Source: Raillietiella orientalis (taxonomy: Eukaryota). From it: a stretch of DNA of 64,000 nucleotides. The DNA lies in assembly GCA_036172245.1 (NCBI GenBank), contig JAYWIR010000007.1:3224001-3288000 (forward strand). Reading direction: 5' to 3'. Made by a program: the position numbers and the translations under genes. Shown here one piece after another: positions 1 to 13,002 of the stretch. Position 1 is the stretch's first letter; each line of letters begins with the position of its first letter. Below the pieces are notes generated by a model. It worked only from the letters and a program-made list of their open reading frames with translations. It was not told where the DNA came from and made no database searches.

Positions 1-1880
1 GAAACTTAAACCGGCTGGTCGATTATTTGATTTCGACTTCCGTTCATCACCTGGAGCATCTCCTACGCATCTGATACGGTTTTTTCGTCAAGCAAGGGCG
101 AACGATCTCTCATGAAATCATTCACTCTTCTTCTATTCCTGCAATCATTTTCTCCACCTTCTTGCTCACTGCACTCTCGTTTTGGTTCAGCAATTGAAAA
201 TCTGACTGATGTCTGTGCAGCAATCGCGCGGAAATCTCGAGCAGCAGTCTGTAGCAAATCCTCATCAGGAAACGGGATTGTTCCCCGGTTTTCTTTGCCT
301 CCTGCTGGATGTCCGTTTTCTTCCGCATTAAAATGCTTTGCTGCTTTTCAATGCCTGGATGTCTCTTGCTTCTTTTCCTCATTCCTAGACAAACGAATTC
401 CTCTGCAAACTGGAATATTTGCATTCACAATGAGCACATACAGGAACCTGTCGCTTACAAGACACCCTGCTTCCAACGTCTGCTTTCCCAGGATTCCTTT
501 TCTGAGACGCCTGTGTCATCCGCTCTGACAAACCTACAAAGGTTCGACCACGTCAGCCAAGTGGAGTCTCGCCTGCAGCCCAAGTTGTAACCTCCAGCGC
601 AGTTAGCGTGCACTGGTTGCCCCCACTTCTTGGAACTGGCAACACCCAGTCTGGGGAGATAAGACGCTGGACGAGACACTAAAATGCCTGAGTGGACTGA
701 GCTAGATGCATCCGAAAAAAAGACAGAAGGATCTTCCTTTGAGATCACGCCAGATGGTTCCCAAACCACGTGGATCCAAAGGAAAGCAAAGAAGCAAATT
801 TGATTGATTCTTGAATTTGGAAGATGGAGATGAGCTCAAGGAATTCAGGAGCCTTTCCGGGTACCGTGAAGTTGGGCAAAGATGCCGCAGATTGAGAATT
901 CGCACCCGATTAGAGCACAGAAGTCGATGTAACTTCTACAGGAAATCGAGTAGACGCTAATGAGTCTACCGCTCATTCAAAAGTACTCGAGCAATCAGGG
1001 AGACGCGACCACAGCAAGAGGATGCTATCCGAGTATCAGTGTTCTGTCCCAAACAAAACTTCCGCCAGAGGCAAAGTATACAAGAGGAAGCATCAACCAG
1101 AGACAGAGAACATTAACATTCGGCTCACAGAATCAATGTCTTCTTTAAGCCGTTGAGGCAAGGACTAGTGATAGGAAAGTAGTGGGAAAATGGATTAGGA
1201 CAATGTATCAGATGGCAGGAGGGAGGAAGTAATGATCGGATTCAGTTAACCAAACGCTAAGAAGGATTTTGTTAAAGGGGAAAATACCAGAAGGAAAAGG
1301 GGGGGTATAGTTAATAATATAGAGTAGTGACTCGAGCGAAGTGGAGTAGAATATCAATCAAAATAACTGGGGAAAACTCCGTGGGCTACAATAAACTATT
1401 ACACAGGTTTCTTACTCCGGCTGTACTGAGGAACCTACCAAAAGCAACATGAGCAAGATTTGCTGTTACTAAGTTCCTCGGGACGGGGGTGCGTTTGCAT
1501 GGAATAGAAGCTTCCCATGGAGAAGTCATGAAGATGAAAACACTCCGAGCAGAATCATGAAGAAGAAAAGAAGGAATTCGCCAAGAAGCCATCCCTCCCT
1601 ATCCACCTTGCAAACTCGGCGCTGCACGGGCGTCACGCCGTTTGGAAGCGCACCGTGCTGTACGTGTGGGCGGGTGACTACTTCAGGCAGGAAACAGAAA
1701 TGTCTTCCTAAAGGTTTGGGAGATTGAGCTATCATGCACTGAAGGTAGAGCCACGCTCGAAGACGGGATTTCCACGTGGCAGCAGAGAGAAAACTCGAAA
1801 CTCTCTGGGACTTTTCCAGGATGAAGTCAAGAAAGGCAGTTTCCTCCTAAAATCAGTCGCTAGAACTTGGCTCGCCATTT
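1..1880 (-). mobile_element. Degenerate 5' part of an L1/Tx1-type non-LTR retrotransposon (ORF1 remnant ~1880-1300; ORF2 APE-endonuclease remnant ~1190-1)
   Basis: Frameshifted minus-strand translation gives ORF1-like 'LPNGV..RRVC...IPSFL', then APE-like 'ITSPCLNGLKK' and 'RILNL..CP', then 'RWRLQLGL' (WKLN-like) and a charged helical region typical of L1 ORF2 after the endonuclease. Confidence 0.45.
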
Positions 1881-2129
1881 TTTTTTTTCTTTCTCTTTTT
1901 TTTTTTTTTTTTTTTTTAACCTTTTTCGAGTAGACAACACATCAGATAAAGTCAGTGCTTCACATCTACTGAGAAATGCTTTGAGCTACGAAGATGCCAA
2001 AATGGCAGGCAATTTTCGGGAACCATGGTAAGTCCAGTGCTCATTTCAGCTGGAGTAAAAGCGATGCCAGAGAGAAAGCTCCAGAATTCACTAAACCCTG
2101 TCGAGGCAAGAAGAAGGTAGAAGAATCCG

Positions 2130-2900
2130 ATGCCGTTCGAGAACAGAATTCGAAAGCACCTTCTGTCCCTCTCGCTGCTTTTAGCTTTCTTTCTGCATGG
2201 TGGGTCGTGACGTACCAAGGCTCCCAAATCCTTGATCTCCGCTTTTTCCATGAAATCTCCCCTCTTGATCGAAATTTACAAAGGATTCTGAGGGACTGAT
2301 CTGGAGGAACGCGACCTTTGATCGAGGGATCTTGCATGCCCAGGTTCTTCCAGCAACGTGTGTGGATCACGAAACAAATCCGTTTCAAAGCAAGGAGGAT
2401 GGTGCAAAGGGAAGAGCACCGAAAGTATCTTCCGTGCAACCGTTCGCGTGTCTGCCGCTCTAGCAGGATGCTACGGAATAGCAGCGTGGATATTCAATAC
2501 CTTCTGACTGCAGACCAGCTTCTATCGAATTCTTCTTTCATTCTCAGGTTCCTTCGAAGCATTGGGAGCTAGTGTTGGGAATCAACCTACGTCCACCATC
2601 CCGGAATGCCGTTTTCGACTCTCGCAAGTCCTTTGATCGAGGATGCTGTAAAATCTCTGGAGAGAAACGACCTTATACAACAACATGTGTTTCTGTTAAT
2701 TAATGAGAATGCGATCTCCAAATCGAGAAGAACCCTAGGTCCGCTCTTCGACACGTGAGTTTGTTTGAGGCTTTTGAGAAAAGGGCTTGCAGTGATTCGA
2801 AGAGTTCGCACAGAAATTTCAAGGTTAGTGCCTTGCAGAAACCATTCGCTCGAATGATCTCCCTAATGTCCTGATGCTGCGTACCTTTGCAACGTCCGAA
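2130..2900 (+). pseudogene. Endogenous viral element: phenuivirus-like (Bunyaviricetes) nucleoprotein remnant
   Basis: Across frameshifts: YQG (2213), RVSAALAG (2445), YVHHPGMPF (2588), then NDLIQQHVFLL. Order and spacing (~78 and ~49 codons) match phlebovirus N YQGFD...SRVAAALAG...MMHPSF...ILDAHSLYL as I recall it. Confidence 0.5.
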
Positions 2901-3099
2901 CCACATCGATCAACTCCTCCCTCCGTCGGGAACGAAATCTGCCGGCAAAACCAATTCTTTTTCGCTTTTTTCTTTTCTTTTTTCTTGTGCGAAACGACCA
3001 AAGCAGAAGCAGATAGCAGTTATCGAATAAATAATTGAGAGCACAGCAATTTGCATGATTCGGCCATTCTTTCGTAGCGATCTTGCAAGTGCCGGCCTT

Positions 3100-5890
3100 C
3101 CATGACACGGTGCATCTAAATATGAAAGATCATAATCTGATTTACGGCACGGATGATTTGATCATGCAATCATTGGGGGTGGAAACGTATCTAAAGGAGA
3201 GCATTCTCTGGAATCCGTCCGTGACGGATGCAGATGGCTCCGTCCTGAAAAAACAGCAGGCGTTTTTTTCAGGACTTGTAATTTCCACAAGTTCTTCTTC
3301 CCAACGAATCACTAACTTAAATATTAATGTCATCCATCTCTCGGAATGTGAAGCTCATGTTCCTGGCACCCCCAGGGATCGTCAAATGTACAGCACTAAA
3401 ATCCCAAGACATGGTACCATAATACCCGTTTCAAATTGCGAGCCGAATGCGATGCTTCTCAAAAACCCTGCTCTTCATTTCTTAACATTCTGATGTTAGA
3501 GCCACAGCCTTAATGAGAACCACACAGCGGCAGATGGTAACTTCCGGAAAACATGCATTGGATCTCATTTGGAAAGCCGCACCAGTCCTCTTAGGCAAAA
3601 ACATGATTTGCTCTTCGTGACTTCTTTGATTTCCATATGATGCTTGGAGCAAACAAACTTACTCTGCTGTTCCTGATTGACAGCAGAGCTCTTAAGCCTT
3701 TGAGAAGCCTTCAGTTGCTTCACTTTCCCGTCAACAAGCTCAAGTCGGACTTCAGCTCGAAACATCTGTGACTGACTTTAAAGGAATACGGCCGAAGGAA
3801 ATCACGTCTTTCATTGGCATCTCACAGAGCGAGCGGCTCCCCTTGATTGCTCTGAGATGATCTCTGTTTTGACCTTTCTCTCATCATGTGGCTAGTCAAT
3901 CGATGCTCCTTTCCTTCGTAAATGACTTCTCTGAAATTTTACGGCCAGCCTATCATGTTCCTTTGAGGTCCGAAAAGCCAGAGTCCAAACGGAAGCGCCT
4001 TCCTCGCTTGCTGGAATTTCCTTTCGCACTCGCAGCAGCAAGGGAAACTTTACGACCAAGGACAAAGCATTCCACGGCTACGATCCCGAAGAAAGACGAT
4101 AAGCGATTCACGAATGTTCGGATTCGGACCCACTCGTATCCACGTACATAATCTGGGACGAGATGAAACTCAATGGATTGTAATGACATCCCTAGCGTTT
4201 GCACGCACCCTTTTAGTTTACCTATTTAAATTCGTCTCAGGGGATTGTACGTACGGCTCAACATCCATTCTGTTGTTCTGTGCATTTTGGAACACATGCT
4301 GTGCTATCAGCCATTGCCCATCAATAGTAAGCACGGGTTTTCTGCATACTGATCGATATGCATTTGGAGACGGGAAAGAATTGGCAGCGAAACTACCAGA
4401 TCTGCCCTTCAGTGCAAAGGAGAAGTCCCAACCTCCAAGCTCCAAGGCTATTCAATGATGCCTTCATTGCTTGAACAGCCTGCAAGAGCCTGCACCCAGC
4501 ACGGGAGACAAGAATACTGGAACGCTGTGATTCAAATTGTGCTTCACACTTCACAATTCCCACATGGGGGAGCAAATCTCCATCTGAATGTTTGCATGCG
4601 CCTCCTTCAAAGTCTTGAGGCTTGGAATCATTGAAAAAAAAAAAAAGGGAAACGAATTGCACCGACGACGCACCTTTGAAATCCCTATCTTCGTTCCACG
4701 AACGGTAAAACTGTGTCTCTATGAGCACAATCCATAATTGTTCGGAAAACTCTCGTACTTCGGCGAACCGGTGACCTCTTCTGGATTGCTACAAACTGCT
4801 CCTCTGCCTTGATCGATCAGAAAGGCTGTACTCGTGCAAAAGTCTTCATGAAGATTTTCCCTCCTGCAACAGCAGTGCCTCCTTGTAGGGAGCGTGGAAG
4901 GGCGACAGGAGTCTCATTTATTGAAGATTTCCCTTTCTTTTGTTCTTGAAGCTTTTTGGTAACACCAATTTCCTGATTTGTGCTCCCTAACAAGGCGCTT
5001 CCTCTTTCATAGAAGCAGTTTCTGTTGCCTCCGAAACTGGTCCGATCTCCTCTTTTTTGGTGCTCGTCACGAAGGAAGGCGGGACTCGGATTTGCTCTTG
5101 AACTCTTGAAGTGTTCCTTAGAAAACTACGCGACTGCAAGGGAGGTAAAAAAAAAAAAAAAACGACACCGAAGTTCTTGTAAGAGGATGCCTTGCTGGTA
5201 AAAATGGAAGCTTCAGGCCTACTTGTGTGAATAGGAGTCAAGCAAGAAGTTGGTTCTTTGTACGTTCTTCAAACCAAGATTCCTCCTTGGAGAAAGAATT
5301 GCTTCCACAATACATCATAATTGACTTTTAAAACATCACTGGATTATGGGCTGCGTGGTTCCATGAGACTGACAGCACTCAGATGAAATGAGGGTCCCGT
5401 CCCCAGACTGCCTCATTCTACTGAAGCTACCGAAAACCTGAACAGAGTGGAATTTCTTGGTGGTGCTCATTTACTGTCCATTCATCAGTTCATCAGCACG
5501 GATGTAGGAGGACCTAATTATTACACGTAATTAGCAGCGTCTATTTCTACTTTATTACTCGGTTTGCTGCTGGATTCGGAATATGTGTACCATTGTGTCT
5601 ACATGCTGCTGGTTCCTCTATGAGGATTGTAAAATTGGTGCCTTTGTGCTTATCTGTTGGTAATTTGCACGTGTAAATACGAGTCGCACTTTTCATTTTT
5701 TTCTCACTTCTGAAGGACTTTGGAATTTGCTTATTATCGTGGCAATCACGAAAATTGGCTTGGAAAATAAAAGAATTGCATTGTATCGTGAAAACAGTTG
5801 TGCTTTCACTCTTAAGAGCACCTCTGGAAGGAGAGTTTCTACTGTGGGATGTTTGTTTACGAACGTTGTCATAGTTACCGTGGACATCTC
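3100..5890 (-). pseudogene. Endogenous viral element: bunyaviral L (RdRp) remnant with internal deletions
   Basis: Ordered remnants: motif G 'FSRY...IISKFQ' (~5788), 'IFTSKASSYK' (5205-5176), motif F 'KASRTKEREIF' (~4955-4925), a possible SDD disrupted by a 1-nt insertion (~4821), motif E 'QFVSLF' (~4659) and 'IALELGG' (4451-4431). G-to-F spacing of ~278 codons fits orthobunyavirus L. Confidence 0.6.
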
Positions 5891-6261
5891 TAAAAATGCA
5901 TTTCCAGCTTATTGATGCAGCACGTAATTAAGTAATGTTGATTTCCAAACATTTCATTTTCCAAGCAAAACAGCTTCTTTTTTCCTATATCCCATGCACA
6001 TCAGATTTTATTTCGCTTCGTACATCCAATGTACTGATGTTCAAGAGTGCTTAGGGTCGATTTCTCTTAGGCAACATCGAGGAAGTCCCCCGTGTCTACA
6101 GTCATAAGGGATATTCATTTGCTGCATTCGGATTAATTCTCCGAAACTCCTCCGATCAGATCCGTTGGTGTTCAGGCCAGAAGAAAAAATTCTGTTCTGG
6201 AAAAGATGAGAGGAGTGTGACCTTGTCCGGACTACTAATCAATAAAAGGGACGAAGAGCTT

Positions 6262-6296
6262 CAGGCTATTTACGAAGCAATTTCGTAAATAGCCTG
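6262..6296. repeat. Perfect 15-bp inverted repeat with 5-nt loop
   Basis: CAGGCTATTTACGAA-GCAAT-TTCGTAAATAGCCTG. Confidence 0.9.
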
Positions 6297-6369
6297 CTTT
6301 CAATTCCAGGGCCTCGTGTCCCGTGTGCATCACGGGCTCCTCAGAAACGATGAGCACGACGAAGGTTAG

Positions 6370-8750
6370 TCAAATGCACTTGACAAGGCTCTGGTGAACT
6401 CCTCATCTTCCTCGTCACGCCTATTTGACAGTGCTGGCCACACAACTTCTTCCTTATCTCCTCCTCTCGTCTCGCCCCAGTCTCTACGGAACGATTGTGA
6501 TGGATTGAAGCTGTGATTTCTTTCATCCAACTGTGACTACGATTCTTTGGCTTCCTTTGCTTCATCCTGCAAATCATGCTCCGATTTTCATCTTCCCATG
6601 TGAATGGTATCTAGGAGAGCCTGTATGCATTTTCGTAGATTAATCCCACCAACGCAGTGCGGTGCACACGCCTTTTGACCCTCCTCCCGGGGTTTTCTGA
6701 TCTGGAAAAGTGACCGTGACGTTTGGCGTACAGGAGGTCATGGATATGTAGGAGGATGTACCTTCAAAACCGACACTTGCACCCTTACAAATACTTGGAA
6801 TTCATTCTGTCTTTTCCCTGAACGTATGTGTACATCAGCGGTGTTTTGTTCTTCACTTCTTGCGGTATACAGTACTGATTACACCATTTACAAAAATCTG
6901 AATAAACATGGATCTTCAGAACGTTTTTCGGTTTTTCAAAATCTGTGCTGAGAACTGACACTCCTTCTCTGTAATTCTTGAAGCATTTCCCAACGAACGT
7001 TGCAGGATCTCTTGAAATTCATTCTGCGCTGATCTAATTAAACTATTCTCCTGTTGTTCATACTTTTGGTTGCTATGCCTTTTTCTTATGTAAATGTATC
7101 CCGTTTGTCTCTGGCTTTAGTTTTTAAATGCAAATTCCTTTCCGACACTAATATCCACGTTTCGCTATTAATGCTCTTCTAATATGGGCACATGCCTGCC
7201 TACATTTGGAAGAGATGAAACCTGTAAATGAAATCATGGCATTGATCTAAAATATTTAATACTCCCAGTGCTTGCCGTATTCAACAACATTCTGTTTGAA
7301 ACCCAGTATTGCCAACATTCAGGCACATCTGATTGAGGCTAGATTTCAAAATGATTAGATCGATTTTAACGGCAATGAAATGAGGGGTTGAAAGTTGGGC
7401 TGGCACAGATTTTCGAGGAAAAAGTACGAGGATATGACGAAGATGTCATCTTGCATGCATTTTGATTGTTCTGTATGTTTCCTCTGCGTCCATCCTCTGC
7501 ATACATACTAAGGAAACCTGGAGGCCCACCTACATACCACGTAGTTTGTTGAAAATAGCTCATCTCGTATCCTGAATGGGAAAAAACTGAATGTTAGCTA
7601 AAAGTAGGGGAATTTACAAATTTTTAAACAGGAAGACAGTCAAAACCTCAATGGAACTGAATTCCGTAGCCATAGATACCCATCAGAGGTTTCATCAGCG
7701 GAAAGAATAAAGTGGTAATACCTAGGGTTATAGGAAGAGAGATCAAGGCATCTGTACGTTTCACTCTTGGTTTCTCTGAGATGCAAATTCGATCTATTTT
7801 GATCCGTTTTCTTGGTGAACGCATTGAAGCAGCATGTTTTGGGAGAATTGGGTTTTGTGAGTTGCGACATACTAAAACTCAATTTTCTTGAAACATTGTC
7901 TCAGCATTCCGACAAAGCTCCAGGGTCATAAGTGCGTGAGATCGAATAGCCTCGATGTGCTACAAGATCAAAAACTTTACTCTTAGGCTGCTTTTTAGAT
8001 TCGAGGAAGGAGACGCTCTTGGCCTTTCGATCCGTTGTCCCATAGATGGCAGCAGCGGAAAAGATGACAATCTTATTTATGCAGTGCCGCCGTCCTTTGA
8101 GAATGATTCTGGCAACCTCTCTTGAGAAGTTCAGAGGATGACAGTGTCTTGAACATCCGTTTAGCAAAGAGAGGAAGCGCTTTAAACAGTCGATGAAACC
8201 CTGGGAAAAAGAGACATGCCATAGAAGCAGAAAACTAGCATCGAAGCATATTCGTGGAGGCCTCACAGGTGAAGCAAAGAGCAAGTGAATTCCCACTAAT
8301 AAGGCCTCAGCCGCTTTGTAGGGAGTTTTAACCAAACTCATGAAACAGTATGAATTTGTACCGCAAGTTTGTCTTTCCTAAAAGTTTACCTACGAAATAA
8401 ATAAGCAGACGGCAGATGCTTAGAGTGATAGGGAGCTGGCAAGGCAGCAGACGACTAGGTGTTTTCCGGTTACAGGGTCACAGGCACCTCGTTCACTGCT
8501 GCAGGGTTTTGCAGAGACAGCATTTGTTCCATGTGATTTCCAATATTTCTCTGAGTCCTAAAGCTACTTGAAAGAAATGTGACAGATATTGATTATTCCG
8601 GTTTTATTTTGACCCTTCGGATGCCCGAAACTGCATATTTAGATTCACTGGTATCCAAAAAATATAGATCCAGCAAATGGGATACAAATGATGTCCAATC
8701 ATGCTTTTGACTTTTGCCCCTGGAAAGCTATGAGTCTTTGAAGAAGAAAA
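6370..8750 (-). pseudogene. Decayed intronless coding-like segment, possibly the C-terminal half of another bunyaviral L
   Basis: Long stop-poor stretches on the minus strand ending in an acidic tail (RRDEEDEEFTRALSSAFD*). Its layout resembles the 27-28 kb piece, but there is no diagnostic motif. Confidence 0.25.
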
Positions 8751-8989
8751 AAAGGGGCGCAGACACATGACTACCTGCATCGTCGTTGAAACTTATTTGG
8801 AGGCAAAGGTAGAACTCGTTTCTTCAGTTCTGCTCATCGACCTCTTTCATTGTAATGCACAAAAATCGTCCTCTTCATCATTCTTGCTCTTTTGTCTTCC
8901 CAATGCTCTTCCAGACCGAAAAACTCATTTCCTGCTGCTGCGGGAAGCTCCGGAACTTCACAGAGTTCACATTAAGCAGAAGGGGTTTC

Positions 8990-10930
8990 CAGCTCGTAGA
9001 CCTCGGGAGGTGAGGCGCAAATTTCAGAATTGGGAACCTTCGGGGCAAAATCCCTGTCCCTCAGCCTCATCTGGATGGATTGCCGAAGCACCCACTAACT
9101 GCATGGGTGTTCCAGGAAGCGCAAGGTGGAAGTACCTGATCGAAAAACTCCGCACTGACGAGCCTGAGCGCGTAGGGCATGTTCTTCAAGACAGAGCTCT
9201 CTACCCCGTGCCTTGGAGCGTGGATTCCATTAGCCGACGTTCCTATCTTTTGCCGAAATCCGGAATAGGAGCCCCGTGGGGCAGTCTCACCTGATGGACT
9301 TCTCAGTCCCTATCCCTTTCTACGAGTTCGCCCCCATCTCTGTTTATTTCTCGTTATCCTTCATGAAAAGCTAAGAATTCTGGGAGCGTCGCCGCCTTAG
9401 AAGTGGCATTTAGGTCCTCGGTCCATCGACGTCATCCCTGTGACGAATATTCTATTCCTCTCCATTCGATGTCTCTGCAGGAAAGAGCTAAAACTCATTG
9501 GTCTGGAAAGCGTTCCTGCGAGAGATCGCTACAGCAATTTCTGCGAGCCGCTCGGGCGTAGGTTCTTCAATGGGATGTCATCGAGGATGGAATGGAGCAT
9601 CATCTCCAGTTCACAAGATTAGTCCTAGCGGCGAAGTCCTTGACCACCCACTGGTGCGTAGTCAGACTCCTGGCCAAGCGAGCAGCCAGTGCCGAGGGAC
9701 TCGGTACGTTCCTCTTGCATGGCCATCGAGAGAGTTGCCCTGATGCGGGTGCCAACTCCAGCAAATGGTTGCCTTGGTTTAGGAGAGCAGTTGGATTTCC
9801 TGTCGCCCTGCCAACTGTAGCGTCTGAAAACGGAACAGTTCAGGCGTACGAGAAAGAAATGCCACGAGCCCGAGGCCATCGCGATACCTGCGATTCCCGA
9901 ACTACGAACGCTGCTCGTTACAGGAAATCATGGACTGCCCAAGGAAGACCACCTGGGAACAGAACATTCCACTTGCAGCCACGATCAGCACAACCCAGTA
10001 AAATGGGTATAGAGATGGCCTTGAAATATTATTAACTAAATTATTGAGAGATTATGGGAAAGAAAAAGCATCTGTGATACTGGACGGTGCGTCAACTGGC
10101 TGACGAATGCACCTCCGCCTCCCTCCCCAAAGGGATCCTTCGCTGGGAGGAATTGTTGAACATCCTTCCTAAAGAGGCGGAAATTCTTTGTGTTTGTGGA
10201 CTGCTCTACGCTTCCCCTGAAGTGCCAAGACTCTGTATTGCAATGGTTGCACTGGGAGACCCCATGCAACGCACGAGCCCACCACTGGACAAGAGGGAGT
10301 TCAGGCCCACACTGTGCCAGGTGCGGGGAACGGGAAACCTTCCCACACCTGTTTTGGATTGTGCTGTCGCCGTCCTGAGTGTCATGGAACGCTTTACTGT
10401 GGCCCTCCCACTCCCTATGGACAACTGTGGAGAGGTCTTACGGTGCTTCTTTAAGTGCGACTCGATGTCTCCTGCAGCTTTCCTTGCAGCCTTGTGCCGC
10501 CTCCGTGGGATCGGGGTGGCGAGAAGCCGCGTGGAAAGACACTAGCCGAACAGTGGGGTCATGCCAATCGTCTGCTCCTCCATGTGGAAAGAGACAAGAT
10601 GGCCATATCTCTGCCAACAAAAGGAGGAAGTTGCCAACATTCTTTAGAGGATGCTAAGGACCTCAGGAAGAAATCTGTGATCCTTTCCCTTCTCCCCCTC
10701 CCCCTCCAACAAATTTTTAAGCTAAACTTTTGTGTTTTGTTTTTGTTTACACGCCTCCTATGCAGACCTCATCGGGGGATCTGCTCATGAGGAGCAGCGT
10801 CTCCGAGTCATCTCCCTTCGTTGTGGTCATATGAAACCACCGTGAAGAAAGAAGTTTCATATTTTGTGGAACTGATTTTGTTTTGTAAATATTTCTTTTT
10901 ATAATAAACGTCAAGGCGTGACCGGGTGAA
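8990..10930 (+). mobile_element. 5'-truncated degenerate L1/Tx1 element (ORF2 RT-distal region, CCHC zinc knuckle, 3' UTR)
   Basis: 'LHWETPCNARAHHW...CARCGERETFPHLFW' (10190-10378), a T-rich 3' UTR, and an AATAAACG..GGCGTGACCGG terminus at 10903-10926 that is shared with other copies. Confidence 0.75.
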
Positions 10931-11004
10931 AATAATTGGGATGTCTATCTGGAAAGGCATCTTCGATTCCCCTTCTTGTTCGATCGGATCGCGAACCAAA
11001 CATC

Positions 11005-11138
11005 TTCAAGGCTTGCTCAGAAACCTTCGAAGGGGAGAAGAGAAAGGGAGGAGGAGGGAAGAGAGGGAGCGCGCAGGAGCGCTTGTGACCAAGATGCCCA
11101 GCTCGAGTGCCACCAGCATATCATTCGCAAGGATCTCT
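11005..11138 (+). repeat. ~135-bp repeat, left arm of an inverted pair with 12859-13000
   Basis: TTCAAGG.TTGCTCAGAAACCTTCGA.GGGGAGAAGAGAAAGGGAGGAGGAGGG...GAGCGCGCAGGAGC...CTCGAGTGCCACCAGCAT...CAAGGATCTCT is present in both orientations. Confidence 0.85.
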
Positions 11139-11399
11139 TTTTCTACCTTCCATTTCCAGCCGTTAGGGATGTGAGGGAACGAATTCTCCTTTCGTCAGGA
11201 GGACGCGGGTGTTTTGGCATGGGAGGCAACGTCCCGGTCGCCTCGGCTCCGTGAGGTCAGGCACACTCTAGGGTCACACTACGCAGAGCGAAAGCAGATG
11301 TTCGTGTGATGAGGACGGAGCCGATCGATGGCTGGTCCAGACACACACGCGCACACGCGTGTACATGTTCCTGGAATTCCTAGTGCTCACGATACGCTC

Positions 11400-12470
11400 T
11401 CTCGGATGGGCTAGATGCACCTCGTAGATCCGGGCAGTCTTCCTGCCCAACAGAGCAGACTAAAGCGGCTTTGCGGCAGGCGGCTAGATCGCAGCGTTGA
11501 CACGTCCCATCCGCAATCTGGGAGCAGTTTTCCCGGAGAAAGTGGGAAGGGCGGGGAGAAGTGCACCCAAACCTCATCCACCCCTCTAGCCACAGCGCTC
11601 TCCTCCTTACAGAAGAAAAGCGATAGTGACGGACCGGCAGAGCGGGTCACCCTGTGCTCCTAGAGGAGCGGCGACACTTCCAAGCAAGTGGACACACCCG
11701 GTGCCCACGCTAAAGGGCCATCTCTGTTGGGAGGAATACCTGAACATCCCACCGTCGGGGATTGTGATCCCTCTTCTCTGTCAGGACAACTCCGCTCTCT
11801 ACCTCGGATAGCAGAGAGAAGGAGCCTGGCCGTCCGTGTGTTGGGGCTTCCCGCGCAACCAGCAGCGGCGACACTGGACGGAAGGAATGTACGCTTCCCC
11901 AAGCCAAGTGGGCTGCGGGGGAAGTGGAAACTCTCACGCCCTGGTGGCCTTCGGAGCGCCCGGAAACGCCTTGCAGCCGCTTCACTTCGACCGGAAGACA
12001 CACTGAAAGAGCGGCCGCGTCGCCTCCTCACGCGCGGCGGGCTCTTTTCGCCCGCTCCCCCGATCGTCCATTCCTGTATTGTTCCAGGATGATCGTGGCG
12101 TCCCGGAACATGGAGGAGGCGTGCCAACAAGAGAGGAAAGCCACACATCTCAACTCTGCGGCAGTGAGGAATGTGGCCAACTGATCTTGGAAAGACGCCA
12201 GAATCGAGGAAAACGCCATCTGCATGGCACGCTGGTTACGGGAGGTGGGACGGGTATCACCGGTGACCTCGGATTCCTGTCTCTTTCCCCCTTTAAGCGA
12301 ATGTCACCTTCCTATGCGGCTGGCCTGTGAGCCGGTGGATTTCGTTTTCTTTTCTCTCTCCCTAAAATTTTCATGGATCAGTGGATCTACTAATCCACAT
12401 GGCTCGTTTGGTCTTTTTCCTGTTTTGAAGAAGAAATGTCCCGACGCAGGAGGTTGAAAGTGGTCCACGC
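11400..12470 (+). mobile_element. Degenerate L1/Tx1 3' fragment
   Basis: 'KGHLCWEEYLNIPP' and a zinc-knuckle region 'CGG..ETLT' homologous to the 10.1-10.6 kb copy, followed by a pyrimidine-rich UTR. Confidence 0.65.
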
Positions 12471-12858
12471 GAGTGGAGTCGACGCTTTTCTCTTCACATC
12501 CGGCCCCTTAGAGCTCTCTGGGCCCTCTCCCTAAAATTTGAGGGTTTTACGCGTTCTCCCGGCTGGAGTGCCCACTGAAGTGTTCTCTGAAGCGTTCTGG
12601 AGTTTGTATTCCCCCTCCCCCCTTTCCTCTCTCCGAGGCCCGGGGGCAACACCCTCACCTCTTTTTCAGCACATTCTCAATGTAAATCAACGAGGATACA
12701 GGTGTCTTGGAAACGCGTATCTAGAGATCCATGATCATGGATCTCATCCAGCCATGATTTCCTAATGGAAGTAGCGCTGGCGTTTCGTATGAGCGCGTCT
12801 CGGCCGCCTCAGCACCATGAGGTCGGACGCGCTCAAGAAGTGGATGCTCGCGTTGGAG

Positions 12859-13000
12859 AGAGATCCTTGAGGATGGACATGCTGGTGGCACTCGAGGATG
12901 CTGAGTTGCGCATCTAGGTCACAAGAGCTCCTGCGCGCTCCCTCCTCCCTCCTCCTCCCTTTCTCTTCTCCCCCTCGAAGGTTTCTGAGCAAACCTTGAA
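12859..13000 (-). repeat. Right arm of the inverted repeat pair with 11005-11138
   Basis: Its reverse complement aligns with 11005-11138 with few mismatches. Confidence 0.85.
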
Positions 13001-13002
13001 CT

